A stretch of DNA of 64,000 nt from Hyphomonadaceae bacterium UBA5336 (GTDB lineage: Bacteria; Pseudomonadota; Alphaproteobacteria; Caulobacterales; Hyphomonadaceae): NCBI GenBank assembly GCA_002408125.1, contig DHQO01000022.1, positions 25,582 to 89,581 on the forward strand, read 5' to 3'. The stretch's first letter is position 1, and every line of letters begins with the position of its first letter. Shown piece by piece: positions 16,905 through 26,369 of this stretch. The notes under the pieces were generated by a model that saw only the letters and a program-made list of their open reading frames with translations, was not told the DNA's origin and did not search any database. A program made the position numbers and the translations under genes.

Positions 16905-19691
16905 CTAATGCGCCTCTGCCCAGTTCTTCGCGGCGCTGGCTTCCACTTCCAGTGGGACTGAGAGTTCCAGCGTTGGGAAAGGCGCGGTCATCATGGTGTC
17001 GCGCACCGTCTCGATCACCTTGTCGGCTTCATCTTCCGGGGCTTCGAAGATCAGCTCGTCATGCACCTGCAACAGCATGCGCGCCTTCAGCCCGGCCTCG
17101 GCGAGCGCACCCGGCATGGCGATCATGGCACGCTTGATGATATCGGCGGCCGAGCCCTGGATCGGGGCATTGATCGCCTGGCGCTCGGCAAAGCTGCGCG
17201 CGGCGGCATTCTTGGAGTTGATATCCTTCAGGTGCAGTTTCCGGCCATAGGCTGTGGTGACGAAACCGGCCTCCTTCGCGCGTTTTTTCGTCTCGTCCAT
17301 ATAGGCCTTGATGCCGGGGAACTTGGCGAAGTAGGACTTGATGTAATTGCCCGCCTCCTCGCGCGGGATGGAGAGCTGGCGGGCGAGGCCGAAGGCGGAA
17401 ATGCCGTAAATGATGCCGAAATTAATCGCCTTGGCGCGCCGGCGGATCATCGGATCCATGCCCTCGAGGGGCACATCGAACATCTCGCTCGCCGTCATGG
17501 CGTGGATGTCGAGCCCGTCCTTGAACGCGTTTTTCAGCGCGTCGATATCTGCCAGATGCGCGAGCAGGCGCAGCTCGACCTGGGAATAGTCCGCGCTGAT
17601 CAGGAGGTGGCCCGGCTCGGCGATGAAGGCCTCGCGGATCTTGCGGCCTTCCTCTGTGCGGATCGGGATATTCTGCAGGTTCGGATCATTGGACGACAGC
17701 CGCCCGGTCTGCGCGCCGACCAGGGAATAGGAGGTGTGGACACGCTTCGTCTCGGGATTGATCGCGGCCTGCAGCGCCTCGGTATAGGTCGAGCGCAGTT
17801 TCGACAGCGTGCGCCAGGCGAGGATGGTACGCGGCAGTTCCTCTCCTTCCGCTGCAAGGTCTTCCAGAACATCTGCGCCGGTCTGCCAGGCCCCGGTCTT
17901 GGTCTTCTTCCCGCCGGGCAGGCCCATCTCGTCGAAGAGGATTTCGCCGAGCTGTTTGGGCGAGCCCATATTGAACTCGCGCCCCGCCTGCTCATAGGCC
18001 TCGGCCTCATAGGCGGCCATACGCTGGTTGAAATCGGCCGAGAGGCGCGAGAGGAAGTCGCGGTCGACCTTGATGCCGGCGCGTTCCATGCCGGCGATCA
18101 CCGGGATGAGCGGGCGGTCGAGCCCCTCATAGACGCGCGTGACCTGTTCCTTCGCCAGGCGCGGCTTGCCCTCCTTCCAGAGCCGGAAGGTGATATCGGC
18201 ATCCTCGGCGGCATATTCTGTGGCGCGCGCAAGCGGCACGCGATCGAAACTGATCTGGTTCTTGCCGGTGCCGCACACCTCCTTGAAGGCGATGGGCGTG
18301 TGGTGGAAATAGCGTTCCGACAGCTCGTCCATGCCATGGCCGTGCATGCCGGCATGCATGGCGAAGCTGATCAGCATGGTGTCGTCCACCGGGGCCAGCG
18401 CGATCCCCTGGCGGGCAAAGACGACATAATCATATTTGATGTTCTGGCCGATCTTCAGGACGGTGAGGTCTTCCAGAAGCGGTTTCAGCTCCGCCAGTGC
18501 CTCGGCCATCGGGATCTGCCTGGGCGGATTGCCGCCGAGCAGGTCGTCGCCATCGGGATCATTGTGGCCGAGGGGGATATAGCAGGCCTTGCCCGGCGCG
18601 GTGGAGAGCGAGATGCCGACAAGATCGGCCGTTACCGCATCGAGCCCCGTGGTTTCAGTATCCACCGCGACATGGCCGACGCGATGGGCCTCGGCGATCC
18701 AGGCTTTCAGCGCCTCGATATCCGTGACGGTTTCATAGGCCTTGCTGTCAAAAGCCGGCGCATCCTCCTGCACCGCCTCGACATCCACGCCCTCCATGGC
18801 GAAATGTTCGCGCACGCGGCGGGTGATGGTGCGGAACTCCATCTTTTCGAGGAATTCCAGCAGTGTGGCCGGGTCCGGATCGGCGACGGCGAGATCCTCG
18901 CACGGCACCTCCAGCGGGACATCCTGCTTCAGCGTGACAAGCTGTTTGGAAATCCGCACCGCATCGGCATGGTCGATCAGGGTCTGGCGCCGCTTGGGCT
19001 GTTTGATCTCCGCGGCGCGCGCCAGCAGGGTTTCCACATCGCCATATTCGGCGATGAGCTGGGCGGCGGTCTTCACGCCTATCCCCGGCGCGCCGGGTAC
19101 ATTGTCGACGCTGTCGCCGGCGAGCGCCTGGATATCGATGACCTTCTCCGGCGGCGCGCCGAATTTCTCGAACACTTCCTCCGGACCGATGGACTTGTTC
19201 TTCATCGTATCCAGCATGCGGATATCGCCCGTCACGAGCTGCATCAGGTCCTTGTCCGACGACACAATGGTCACGCGCGCGCCGGCCTCGTGGCATTTGC
19301 GGGCATAGGTCGCGATCAGATCGTCGGCCTCATAGCCCTCCATCTCGATCGCATGGGTGGCGAAGGCGATTGCCGCCTCGCGCACCAGCGGGAATTGCGG
19401 GCGGAGGTCTTCGGGCGGCTCGTCGCGATTGGCCTTGTAGTCAGGATAGAGATCGTTGCGGAAGGAATAGGAAGAATGATCGAAGATGCAGGCAAAATGC
19501 GTCGGGCGTTCATCGCCGCGCAGATCCTCCAGCAGCTTCCAGAGCATGTTGCAAAAGCCCGCCACAGCGCCCACCGGCAGGCCGTCGGAGGCCCGTGAAA
19601 GCGGCGGCAGGGCATGGAAGGCGCGGAAGATATAGGCCGAGGCGTCGATCAGGTAGAGATGGCTGCCGGAGGTAAGCGGGGCGCTGGGCAT
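16905..19691 (-). CDS. polA: DNA polymerase I
   Basis: 928 aa with 5'-3' exonuclease, 3'-5' exonuclease and polymerase domains (..[12 protein letters not shown].., ..QVHDELIFE..). Confidence 0.97.
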   Translation of the reverse strand: MPSAPLTSGSHLYLIDASAYIFRAFHALPPLSRASDGLPVGAVAGFCNMLWKLLEDLRGDERPTHFACIFDHSSYSFRNDLYPDYKANRDEPPEDLRPQFPLVREAAIAFATHAIEMEGYEADDLIATYARKCHEAGARVTIVSSDKDLMQLVTGDIRMLDTMKNKSIGPEEVFEKFGAPPEKVIDIQALAGDSVDNVPGAPGIGVKTAAQLIAEYGDVETLLARAAEIKQPKRRQTLIDHADAVRISKQLVTLKQDVPLEVPCEDLAVADPDPATLLEFLEKMEFRTITRRVREHFAMEGVDVEAVQEDAPAFDSKAYETVTDIEALKAWIAEAHRVGHVAVDTETTGLDAVTADLVGISLSTAPGKACYIPLGHNDPDGDDLLGGNPPRQIPMAEALAELKPLLEDLTVLKIGQNIKYDYVVFARQGIALAPVDDTMLISFAMHAGMHGHGMDELSERYFHHTPIAFKEVCGTGKNQISFDRVPLARATEYAAEDADITFRLWKEGKPRLAKEQVTRVYEGLDRPLIPVIAGMERAGIKVDRDFLSRLSADFNQRMAAYEAEAYEQAGREFNMGSPKQLGEILFDEMGLPGGKKTKTGAWQTGADVLEDLAAEGEELPRTILAWRTLSKLRSTYTEALQAAINPETKRVHTSYSLVGAQTGRLSSNDPNLQNIPIRTEEGRKIREAFIAEPGHLLISADYSQVELRLLAHLADIDALKNAFKDGLDIHAMTASEMFDVPLEGMDPMIRRRAKAINFGIIYGISAFGLARQLSIPREEAGNYIKSYFAKFPGIKAYMDETKKRAKEAGFVTTAYGRKLHLKDINSKNAAARSFAERQAINAPIQGSAADIIKRAMIAMPGALAEAGLKARMLLQVHDELIFEAPEDEADKVIETVRDTMMTAPFPTLELSVPLEVEASAAKNWAEAH

Positions 19692-19762
19692 GGGGGAGAA
19701 TCCTTGTTTGGAGATGGCTTAGCGTGCCTTTCCCGCGCCGCAAAGGCGCGCTAAGGGGCGCC

Positions 19763-20692
19763 ATGGCTTTCGATTTTGCCTCCCTGCCTGCCGTTCGCGG
19801 CAAGCTCATCGAGAATGCCCCGCTCGCGCCCTATACCTGGTTCCGGGTTGGCGGGCCGGCCGATGCGCTGTTCCTGCCGGCTGATGAGGAGGATCTCTCA
19901 CAGTTTCTCACTGCGCTGCCGGAGGACGTGCCGGTCACCGTGCTCGGTGTCGGGTCGAACCTGATTGTGCGCGATGGCGGGATAGAGGGCGTCGTGGTGC
20001 GTCTGGCCGGGGGATACTGGGGCAATGTGGAGAGCGAGGGCCTGTTGCTGGCCGCACGCGCCGGCGCGCTCGATCTCAGCGTTGCGAAATATGCCGCCAG
20101 GTCCGGCCTTTCGGGCCTTTCCTTCTTCTCCGGCATTCCCGGCACGCTGGGCGGGGCCACGCGGACCAATGCCGGATGCTATGGCCGGGAGTTGAAGGAT
20201 GTGCTGGCCGGCGCACGCGCCGTGACACGCGGCGGCGAGGTGGTTGAGCTCACCCCGGAGCATTTCGGCTTTTCCTACCGGCACAGCGAGTTGCCCGAGG
20301 ATCTCATTGTCACCACGCTCATCCTCCAGGCCGATGGCGAGGGCGATCCTGAGGCGCTGGCCGAAGAAATCGCCGCCCACCAGGCCCGCCGCGCCGAGAC
20401 CCAGCCGATCAAGGACAAGACCTCCGGTTCCACCTTTGCCAATCCTGATCCTCCGGACACGGAAAATCAGCGTTCGGCCTGGAAACTGGTGGACGCTGCC
20501 GGCTGCCGGGGCCTCAAGGTCGGCGGGGCGCAGGTCAGTGAGAAGCACTGCAATTTCCTGATCAATACCGGCGATGCGACCGCCGCCGATCTGGAAGCGC
20601 TCGGCGAGCTTGTCCGTGCCCGCGTGCTCGACACATCCGGGGTCGAGCTGCGCTGGGAAGTGCGCCGCATCGGGCGGTTGAAAGCTGATTAG
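19763..20692 (+). CDS. murB: UDP-N-acetylenolpyruvoylglucosamine reductase
   Basis: FAD-binding domain ([34 protein letters not shown]) and a MurB C-domain ([34 protein letters not shown]). Confidence 0.9.
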   Translation: MAFDFASLPAVRGKLIENAPLAPYTWFRVGGPADALFLPADEEDLSQFLTALPEDVPVTVLGVGSNLIVRDGGIEGVVVRLAGGYWGNVESEGLLLAARAGALDLSVAKYAARSGLSGLSFFSGIPGTLGGATRTNAGCYGRELKDVLAGARAVTRGGEVVELTPEHFGFSYRHSELPEDLIVTTLILQADGEGDPEALAEEIAAHQARRAETQPIKDKTSGSTFANPDPPDTENQRSAWKLVDAAGCRGLKVGGAQVSEKHCNFLINTGDATAADLEALGELVRARVLDTSGVELRWEVRRIGRLKAD

Positions 20693-20710
20693 GGTATTGG
20701 CCAAACTCAG

Positions 20711-20743
20711 CCTCATGGTGAGCGGAGACGAACCATGGGGCGG
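20711..20743 (+). repeat. R2 hairpin repeat (stem CCTCATGG/CCATGGGG)
   Basis: CCTCATGG-TGAGCGGAGACGAA-CCATGGGG-CGG. Confidence 0.75.
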
Positions 20744-20767
20744 TCAACAAAGAACAGTTCTCTGTCT

Positions 20768-20803
20768 CCGCCCTCGTCCTTCGTGTTCGCTCAGGATGAG
20801 GGC
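20768..20803 (-). repeat. R2 hairpin repeat (stem CCTCATCC/GGACGAGG)
   Basis: Minus strand reads GCCCTCATCC-TGAGCGAACACGAA-GGACGAGGGCGG. Inverted relative to the copy at 20711, 24 nt away. Confidence 0.75.
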
Positions 20804-20824
20804 TATGTCTTACCAACTGGCCAG

Positions 20825-21751
20825 CTAGATCGTCAGGCCCCGTGGCGCGAGCTGTTCCAGCTCGGCCATCATCTCCATGGGCGTGGGCAGCGCCTTGCGC
20901 CGGTCGAGATCGAAGGTCACGGCGACAGCTTCCGACGTCATCCAGGGCTGTCCCGACACCGGGTCCATCATCCAGTGCACCAGCGAATGGGTTTTCTCCG
21001 CCACTGTCGCAAGGCTGGAATAGATCTCGAACAGGTCGCCCACGCGCGGCCATCGGCGATAGATCAGCCGGTATTCCAGTACGGCAGCGCCCATGCGCAC
21101 ATCGCCTGCGGCTTCGGCCACGCGGCTGCGCCAATCATAGAGCAGGTTGGGCACCGAATCCGAAACCCGGCCCAGGAACCAGGGCGTCCACATGGTGCCG
21201 AAGACATCGCAATGATGGCCCGGCACCATGCCTTGGCCGATCATCGGCACGCCGGCGTCCTGCACGGTTTGGTAACCGGCCTCGGCATCGCTGCGCATCT
21301 CGCCGCCGGGCATCAGGCTGCGCGGTGCAGTGTCCGCAGGCGGAGTGTCCTTCAGCTCCTCCAGGCGCGGCAGGGTGCGCGAGGACCAGGGGAAAGGCTG
21401 TTCATTGGCGGCGGTGGCGTGCACCAGCCGTGTACGGAAGGCTGCGGCCGGGGTGCCGTCGCCATGGCGCATATCCTGGTAGACCTCGACCCAGTCCTCG
21501 CCCCAGTCGGTCACGCAGCCGGTCATCGAAAGCGGCCGGCCGGGCAACACCTCGCGGACATAACGCACATGCTGTTCGCGCGGGATCAGCGTGGAAGGCG
21601 TGCGCGGGGAAAAGGCCGCCGGCAGGGCCAGGGCGCGGGCAAGCGGGCCGAGCCCCTCCATCGCCTTCTCGACATAGACGCGCACATTCATGTGCCCCAT
21701 CTCGTCGCAATCCCAGGTATTCGCACTGCCTTGCCAGAGGGGGATCATCAT
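20825..21751 (-). CDS. thioesterase-family protein (two hot-dog-like halves)
   Basis: About 308 aa from MMIPLWQG. CDEMGHMNVRVY in the N-half and a second half HCDVFGTMW.. resemble 4HBT/acyl-CoA thioesterase folds. Confidence 0.65.
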   Translation of the reverse strand: MMIPLWQGSANTWDCDEMGHMNVRVYVEKAMEGLGPLARALALPAAFSPRTPSTLIPREQHVRYVREVLPGRPLSMTGCVTDWGEDWVEVYQDMRHGDGTPAAAFRTRLVHATAANEQPFPWSSRTLPRLEELKDTPPADTAPRSLMPGGEMRSDAEAGYQTVQDAGVPMIGQGMVPGHHCDVFGTMWTPWFLGRVSDSVPNLLYDWRSRVAEAAGDVRMGAAVLEYRLIYRRWPRVGDLFEIYSSLATVAEKTHSLVHWMMDPVSGQPWMTSEAVAVTFDLDRRKALPTPMEMMAELEQLAPRGLTI

Positions 21752-21814
21752 CGGGTCCTTGCTGCACTCATCCCGAGCGAAGTCGAGGGAGTGTGCGGCC
21801 ATTCCAGCCCGTTC

Positions 21815-21856
21815 GGCAAGAACACGTTTCGACTTCGCTCAGGATCAGTGCGAACG
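21815..21856 (-). repeat. degenerate R2-like unit
   Basis: The minus strand contains TCCTGAGCGAAGTCGAA (21828-21845), matching the R2 loop. The flanking stem is poor. Confidence 0.3.
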
Positions 21857-21857
21857 C

Positions 21858-23255
21858 CTACCCGATCACGCCATTGAGCGCTGCGCGGGCGGCGAGCTGG
21901 GGCGACATGAGATGGGTGCGTCCGCCGCGGCCCTGGCGGCCCTCGAAATTGCGGTTCGAGGTCGAGGCGCAGCGTTCGCCCGGCGCGAGGATGTCCGGGT
22001 TCATGCCGAGGCACATGGAGCAACCCGGCTCGCGCCATTCGAAACCGGCTTCCATCAGGATGAGGTCGAGGCCTTCATCCTCGGCCTGCGCGCGCACGAG
22101 GCCCGAGCCGGGAACGACCATGGCGCGTACACCGTCTGCAACCTTGTTGCCGCGCGCGATCTCGGCGACGGCACGCAGATCCTCTATGCGCGAATTGGTG
22201 CATGAGCCGATGAAGACGCGCTGGACCGGCACGCCGGCAATCTTCTGGCCGGCTTCCAGACCCATATAGTGCAGGGCGCGGGCGACCGCGGCCCGCTTGA
22301 CCGGGTCGTCAATGTCGGCCGGGTCGGGCACGCGGCCGGTGACGGGGATGGCCTGCTCCGGGCTGGTGCCCCAGGTAAGGGTGGGCTTCACATCCTCTGC
22401 CTTGATGTGCACCACGCGGTCCCAGTGGGCGTCCTCGTCGCTGAAAAGGGTTTCCCAGTAGCGCTGGGCAATATCCCAGGCCCCACCCTTGGGCGTGGCG
22501 GGGCGGCCCTTCACATAGGCAAAGGTGGTCTCGTCCGGCGCGATCAGGCCGGCGCGCGCCCCGCCCTCGATGGCGAGATTGCATAGCGTCATGCGCCCTT
22601 CCATGGAAAGGGCGCGGACAGCCTCGCCGCGATACTCCATGACATAGCCGGTGCCGCCGGCGGTGCCGATTTTCGCGATGATATGCAGGGCGAGGTCCTT
22701 GGCGGTGACGCCCTCGGGCAGGGTGCCGGAAACCTCGATCGCCATGTTCTTCGATTTGTTCGCGCGCAGGGTCTGCGTGGCCAGCACATGCTCGACCTCC
22801 GAAGTCCCGATGCCGTGGGCGAGGGCCCCGAAGGCGCCATGGGTGGAGGTGTGGCTGTCGCCGCAGACAATGGTCATGCCCGGCTGGGTGCGGCCCTGCT
22901 CGGGTCCGACCACATGCACGATGCCATTATTGATGTTGCCCATCTCGAAAAACTCGATGTCGTACTCGGCGACATTGCGCGCCAGCGTTTCGAGCTGGTT
23001 GCGGGCCTCGGGGTCCTTCACGCCGGCAAGGCCCAGCGCCTGGTTTTCGGTGGGCGTGTTATGATCGGCGACGGCAAGGGTAAGGTCGGGGCGGCGCACA
23101 CCGCGCCCGGCCGCGCGCAGGCCGGCAAAGGCCTGCGGTGTGGTGACCTCATGGATGAGGTGCAGGTCGATATAAATGAGGGATTCCCCGGTGCCCGGGT
23201 CGGTCGCCACGCGGTGCGCCTCCCAGATCTTGTCGTAGAGCGTCTTGCCAGCCAT
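21858..23255 (-). CDS. leuC: 3-isopropylmalate dehydratase large subunit
   Basis: 465 aa, aconitase family, Fe-S cysteines ([11 protein letters not shown].., CSMCLGMN), N-terminus [14 protein letters not shown]. No leuD adjacent. Confidence 0.95.
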   Translation of the reverse strand: MAGKTLYDKIWEAHRVATDPGTGESLIYIDLHLIHEVTTPQAFAGLRAAGRGVRRPDLTLAVADHNTPTENQALGLAGVKDPEARNQLETLARNVAEYDIEFFEMGNINNGIVHVVGPEQGRTQPGMTIVCGDSHTSTHGAFGALAHGIGTSEVEHVLATQTLRANKSKNMAIEVSGTLPEGVTAKDLALHIIAKIGTAGGTGYVMEYRGEAVRALSMEGRMTLCNLAIEGGARAGLIAPDETTFAYVKGRPATPKGGAWDIAQRYWETLFSDEDAHWDRVVHIKAEDVKPTLTWGTSPEQAIPVTGRVPDPADIDDPVKRAAVARALHYMGLEAGQKIAGVPVQRVFIGSCTNSRIEDLRAVAEIARGNKVADGVRAMVVPGSGLVRAQAEDEGLDLILMEAGFEWREPGCSMCLGMNPDILAPGERCASTSNRNFEGRQGRGGRTHLMSPQLAARAALNGVIG

Positions 23256-23284
23256 GCCTTGTTTGTCCTTTACGAGAGGGGGAG

Positions 23285-24172
23285 ATGACTGTCCCGGTGG
23301 GAAAAAGCAAGATGGCGAGAGATGTCATGCCGCAATCGCCCAACTCTCAGGCAGAACCGCGCCTTGCCGGATGGGTCCGCGCGGAGCTGCGCAAGGGCAT
23401 GCTGCCGGGCGCGATCCGCGCCTCGCTGCGCCGGGAAGGCCTCGGCGAGGAGGAGATCGCGGAGACCATGGGACCGGCCGTGGGCGGGATCATCGCGCCC
23501 GAGGCGGTCGATCATGAGGCGATCTTCAATGCCGCGATCACGCGGGCGACCGAGACCAATCCGAAGATCAGGCGCCTGCCCACAAACAAGGCGCAGGTCT
23601 ACACCTATGAGGATTTCCTGCCGGCCCAGGCCTGCGATGCGGTGGTGATCCTCACCGAACGACGTCTGCGCGAGTCCACCGTGGTGGATGCCTTCGCCGA
23701 TCCCAAGATCCGGACCTCGAAGACCTGTGACCTTGGCCATCTCGGCGAGCCGCTGATCTTCAAGATTGACGAGATGATGGCCGAGGCGCTCGGCATTCAC
23801 TGGTCATACTCAGATCCCTGCCAGTCGCAGCGCTACATGCCCGGCGAGGAGTACAAGGCCCATCACGACTATTTCTATCCCGGCACGCGCGACTATCAGG
23901 TCGAGTGCCAGGATCGCGGCCAGCGCACCTGGACCTTCATGGTCTACCTCAATGATGTCGAGGACGGCGGCGGCACGCGCTTCCGCAAGCTGGAAAAGAC
24001 CTTCCAGCCGAAAAAGGGCATGGCGGTGATCTGGAACAATCTGAACCGTGACGGCACGGTGAACCCTTTCACTTTGCACCATGGGATGAAGGTGCGCTCG
24101 GGCGTGAAATATGTGATCACCAAATGGTTCCGCGAGCGCGGCTTCGGGCCTATGGCCTTTCCTCAGGGCTAA
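23285..24172 (+). CDS. 2OG-Fe(II) oxygenase, prolyl 4-hydroxylase-like
   Basis: P4Hc core with HxD (YKAHHDYF), distal His (FTLHHGMKV) and a basic residue (KYVITKWF). N-terminal extension of about 90 aa. The start is uncertain (ATGs at 23285, 23312, 23327). Confidence 0.75.
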   Translation: MTVPVGKSKMARDVMPQSPNSQAEPRLAGWVRAELRKGMLPGAIRASLRREGLGEEEIAETMGPAVGGIIAPEAVDHEAIFNAAITRATETNPKIRRLPTNKAQVYTYEDFLPAQACDAVVILTERRLRESTVVDAFADPKIRTSKTCDLGHLGEPLIFKIDEMMAEALGIHWSYSDPCQSQRYMPGEEYKAHHDYFYPGTRDYQVECQDRGQRTWTFMVYLNDVEDGGGTRFRKLEKTFQPKKGMAVIWNNLNRDGTVNPFTLHHGMKVRSGVKYVITKWFRERGFGPMAFPQG

Positions 24173-25187
24173 CGTCGAGCGCGTCTGCCATGGCCGGGAT
24201 CCAAGCTTCAGCGTCCAGATCATAGGCCCGGAAGGCCGTGCCGAACCCCCAGTAGCACCAGCCGAAGCCAGCGCTTTCGGCTTGCGTGCGCACCGTGCGG
24301 GTCCAGGCGGAGCGCTCACGCGGCGGCAGGTCGCGATAGACGCCGAATTCGCCGACGAATACCGGATGACCGGCCTTGAGCGCGGCGTCCCTTGCGGCCT
24401 GGAAATGATTGGCCACGGCGGCGGCATGGCGCGGGCGCGAGCCCCAGGGCTGGGAGAAGTCCGGCGGGTTTTCCAGCCATTCGGCGCCCTCATGGGTGAA
24501 CTCCCAGGGCTCGTAATAGTGGAAGGTGGTGACCACCCGCTGGTCATCCGGCCACTTGGTGTCCGCCCAGGCCTCCAGCCCGCCCCAGTCGGTCGAGCCG
24601 AGGATCACCCACCGGTCGGGATTGGTCTCGCGCACCAGTGAGAGCAGGGCGATGTTGAGGGCTTCGACCTCTGTAATGCCGATCTCGCTGTGGGGCTCGT
24701 TGAGGAGTTCGAAAATCACGTTGTCCGGGGCACCCTGGAAATGGGTGGAGAGCTGCCTCCAGATCGCCTGCAATTTCGGCCAGTTGGCTTCCGGGTCTTC
24801 GCTGAATTCATGGAAATGGTGGACATCCACGATGATCTTCAGGCCGGCCTCCAGCGCCTGGCTGACGACTTCGTCCACGCGCGCCAGCCGCGCCGCGTCG
24901 ATCAGATAGGCCGGTCCCGGCCCGGTATGGTCTGACCAGTTCACAGGCAGGCGTACCGTGTCGAAACCGGCCGCGGCGATGGCTTCAAGGTGACGCGCCT
25001 CTACCGTATAGCCCCACTCGCCCTCCGAGGGGGCCTCCAGGGCGTTGGAGATATTGATGCAGCGCGCGACGGGGCTGGTCGGCACCGTGGCTGTGGCCGC
25101 CGGCTCGGTCTCGCCTGTGGTGCCTCCGCAGCCGGCAAGCAGGGTCCAGACGGTGAGGGCGGCGAGGCAGCGAAGCGCGATTTTCAT
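24150..25187 (-). CDS. glycoside hydrolase family 5 (cellulase-like) lipoprotein
   Basis: Start at MKIALRCLAALTVWTLLAGC (lipobox). GH5 motifs VRLPVNW.., IIVDVHHF.., catalytic NEP (FELLNEPH). The track's 491-aa ORF extends upstream over the DUF1801 gene and was trimmed. Confidence 0.85.
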   Translation of the reverse strand: MKIALRCLAALTVWTLLAGCGGTTGETEPAATATVPTSPVARCINISNALEAPSEGEWGYTVEARHLEAIAAAGFDTVRLPVNWSDHTGPGPAYLIDAARLARVDEVVSQALEAGLKIIVDVHHFHEFSEDPEANWPKLQAIWRQLSTHFQGAPDNVIFELLNEPHSEIGITEVEALNIALLSLVRETNPDRWVILGSTDWGGLEAWADTKWPDDQRVVTTFHYYEPWEFTHEGAEWLENPPDFSQPWGSRPRHAAAVANHFQAARDAALKAGHPVFVGEFGVYRDLPPRERSAWTRTVRTQAESAGFGWCYWGFGTAFRAYDLDAEAWIPAMADALDVSPEERP

Positions 25188-25232
25188 GTCGCATCTCTTG
25201 GGCAATGCGCGTATCTGTGCAAGCATCTTGAT

Positions 25233-25598
25233 ATGACCAAGCCGAAGAGTGTGAACGCCTATTTCGACCAGCTGGCCCCGCCCATGCGCGATGTGGCGCT
25301 GGCCCTGCGTGCCCGCATCGAGGCACTCGGGCCGAGCCTGTCCTGCAAGCTCGCCTGGGGCTTTCCCTGCTGGAGCGGGACCGAGCGTATTTTCTCGGTG
25401 ATAGCCCATTCCGAACACTGCAACCTGCAACTCTGGCAGGGCGCGCAGCTGGCCGATGCCTCGCCGCGCGTGGAGGGCACCGGCAAATCCCTGCGCCATG
25501 TGAAGGTGCGCAGCCTCGCGGAAATTGATAGCGCTCTCGACACAGTGATCGGCGAGGCCATTGCGCTCGATGCAACCGCGCCGCAAAAGATACGTTGA
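25233..25598 (+). CDS. DUF1801 domain-containing protein
   Basis: 121 aa from MTKPKSVNAYFDQLAPPMRDVALALRARIEAL, typical of YdhG/DUF1801 proteins. Confidence 0.7.
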   Translation: MTKPKSVNAYFDQLAPPMRDVALALRARIEALGPSLSCKLAWGFPCWSGTERIFSVIAHSEHCNLQLWQGAQLADASPRVEGTGKSLRHVKVRSLAEIDSALDTVIGEAIALDATAPQKIR

Positions 25599-25619
25599 TT
25601 GCGGGTCAGGAGGGTATGC

Positions 25620-26233
25620 ATGCACAAGACCATTTTCTGCGCCCTGTGTGCCAGTCTCTTCATCGCCGCCTGCGGCGCCAATCTCGACAGCCCCGAACCG
25701 GCCGCCGAGGTTGAAGCCCTCGCGCCCGCCCTAGCCCCGGAGATCGACATGGCCAGCGTGCCGGAAAGCCTGCAATTTACCGCCATCAACGGCGCGCCCC
25801 TGCCGCTCAGCCAGTATGAGGGCAAGGCCGTGCTGGTCGTGAACACGGCCTCGAAATGCGGCTACACTCCGCAATTTGCTGGCCTGCAGGCGCTGTGGAG
25901 CGACTACAGGGACCAGGGACTCGTCGTGGTCGGCATGCCGTCAGGCGATTCCGCGACCAGGAGTTCGAGGAGGCTGGCGAGATCAAGGACTTCTGCGAGA
26001 TCAATTACGGCGTCGATTTCCCGCTGACGCAGAAAAACCATGTGGTCGGCGCCGAACGCCATCCCTTCTTCGCCTTGGCCGAGAAGCGCCTCGGCGAGGG
26101 CGCGGTGCCACAATGGAACTTCCACAAGATCCTGCTCGGTCCTGATCTTCAGCCAATCGCCGCCTTCCCGTCGGCGGTCACCCCGCAGGATCCCGCGCTG
26201 GTCTCGGCAATAGAGGGCGCGTTGGCGGGCTGA
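25620..26233 (+). pseudogene. glutathione peroxidase, interrupted by a 1-nt frameshift near 25949
   Basis: The N-half (lipobox LFIAAC, catalytic [12 protein letters not shown]) lies in the frame of ORF 25599. The C-half ([30 protein letters not shown]) lies in the frame of ORF 25856. One extra T in GATTCC would join them. AGGAGG RBS sits 6 nt before the ATG at 25620. Confidence 0.8.
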
Positions 26234-26369
26234 GCGATCCGGTCCATGCGGCATAGGCGTGGCCAAGATCATGATACCGTTACCACAACCTGGGTCGCAC
26301 TTGACGCTGGGCTGTCTTGACCCCTTCTGTGACTCCAAAGGCACACAACACCCGTGAAGGAGCCCTCCC

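Noticed and set aside
21752-21857. leuC lacking an adjacent leuD, as a sign of rearrangement.
   Set aside because: Separation of leuC and leuD by unrelated genes is common in alphaproteobacteria as far as I know. Nothing else in the sequence suggests disruption.
24150-25625. A 491-aa version of the GH5 gene extending upstream.
   Set aside because: The extra 146 residues overlap the DUF1801 gene on the other strand and look non-native. An internal ATG at 25187 gives a canonical lipoprotein signal peptide (…LLAGC).
25935-25960. Programmed ribosomal frameshifting in the glutathione peroxidase gene.
   Set aside because: There is no slippery heptamer and no obvious downstream stimulatory structure. 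A 1-nt indel in a TT/TTT run is the simpler explanation.
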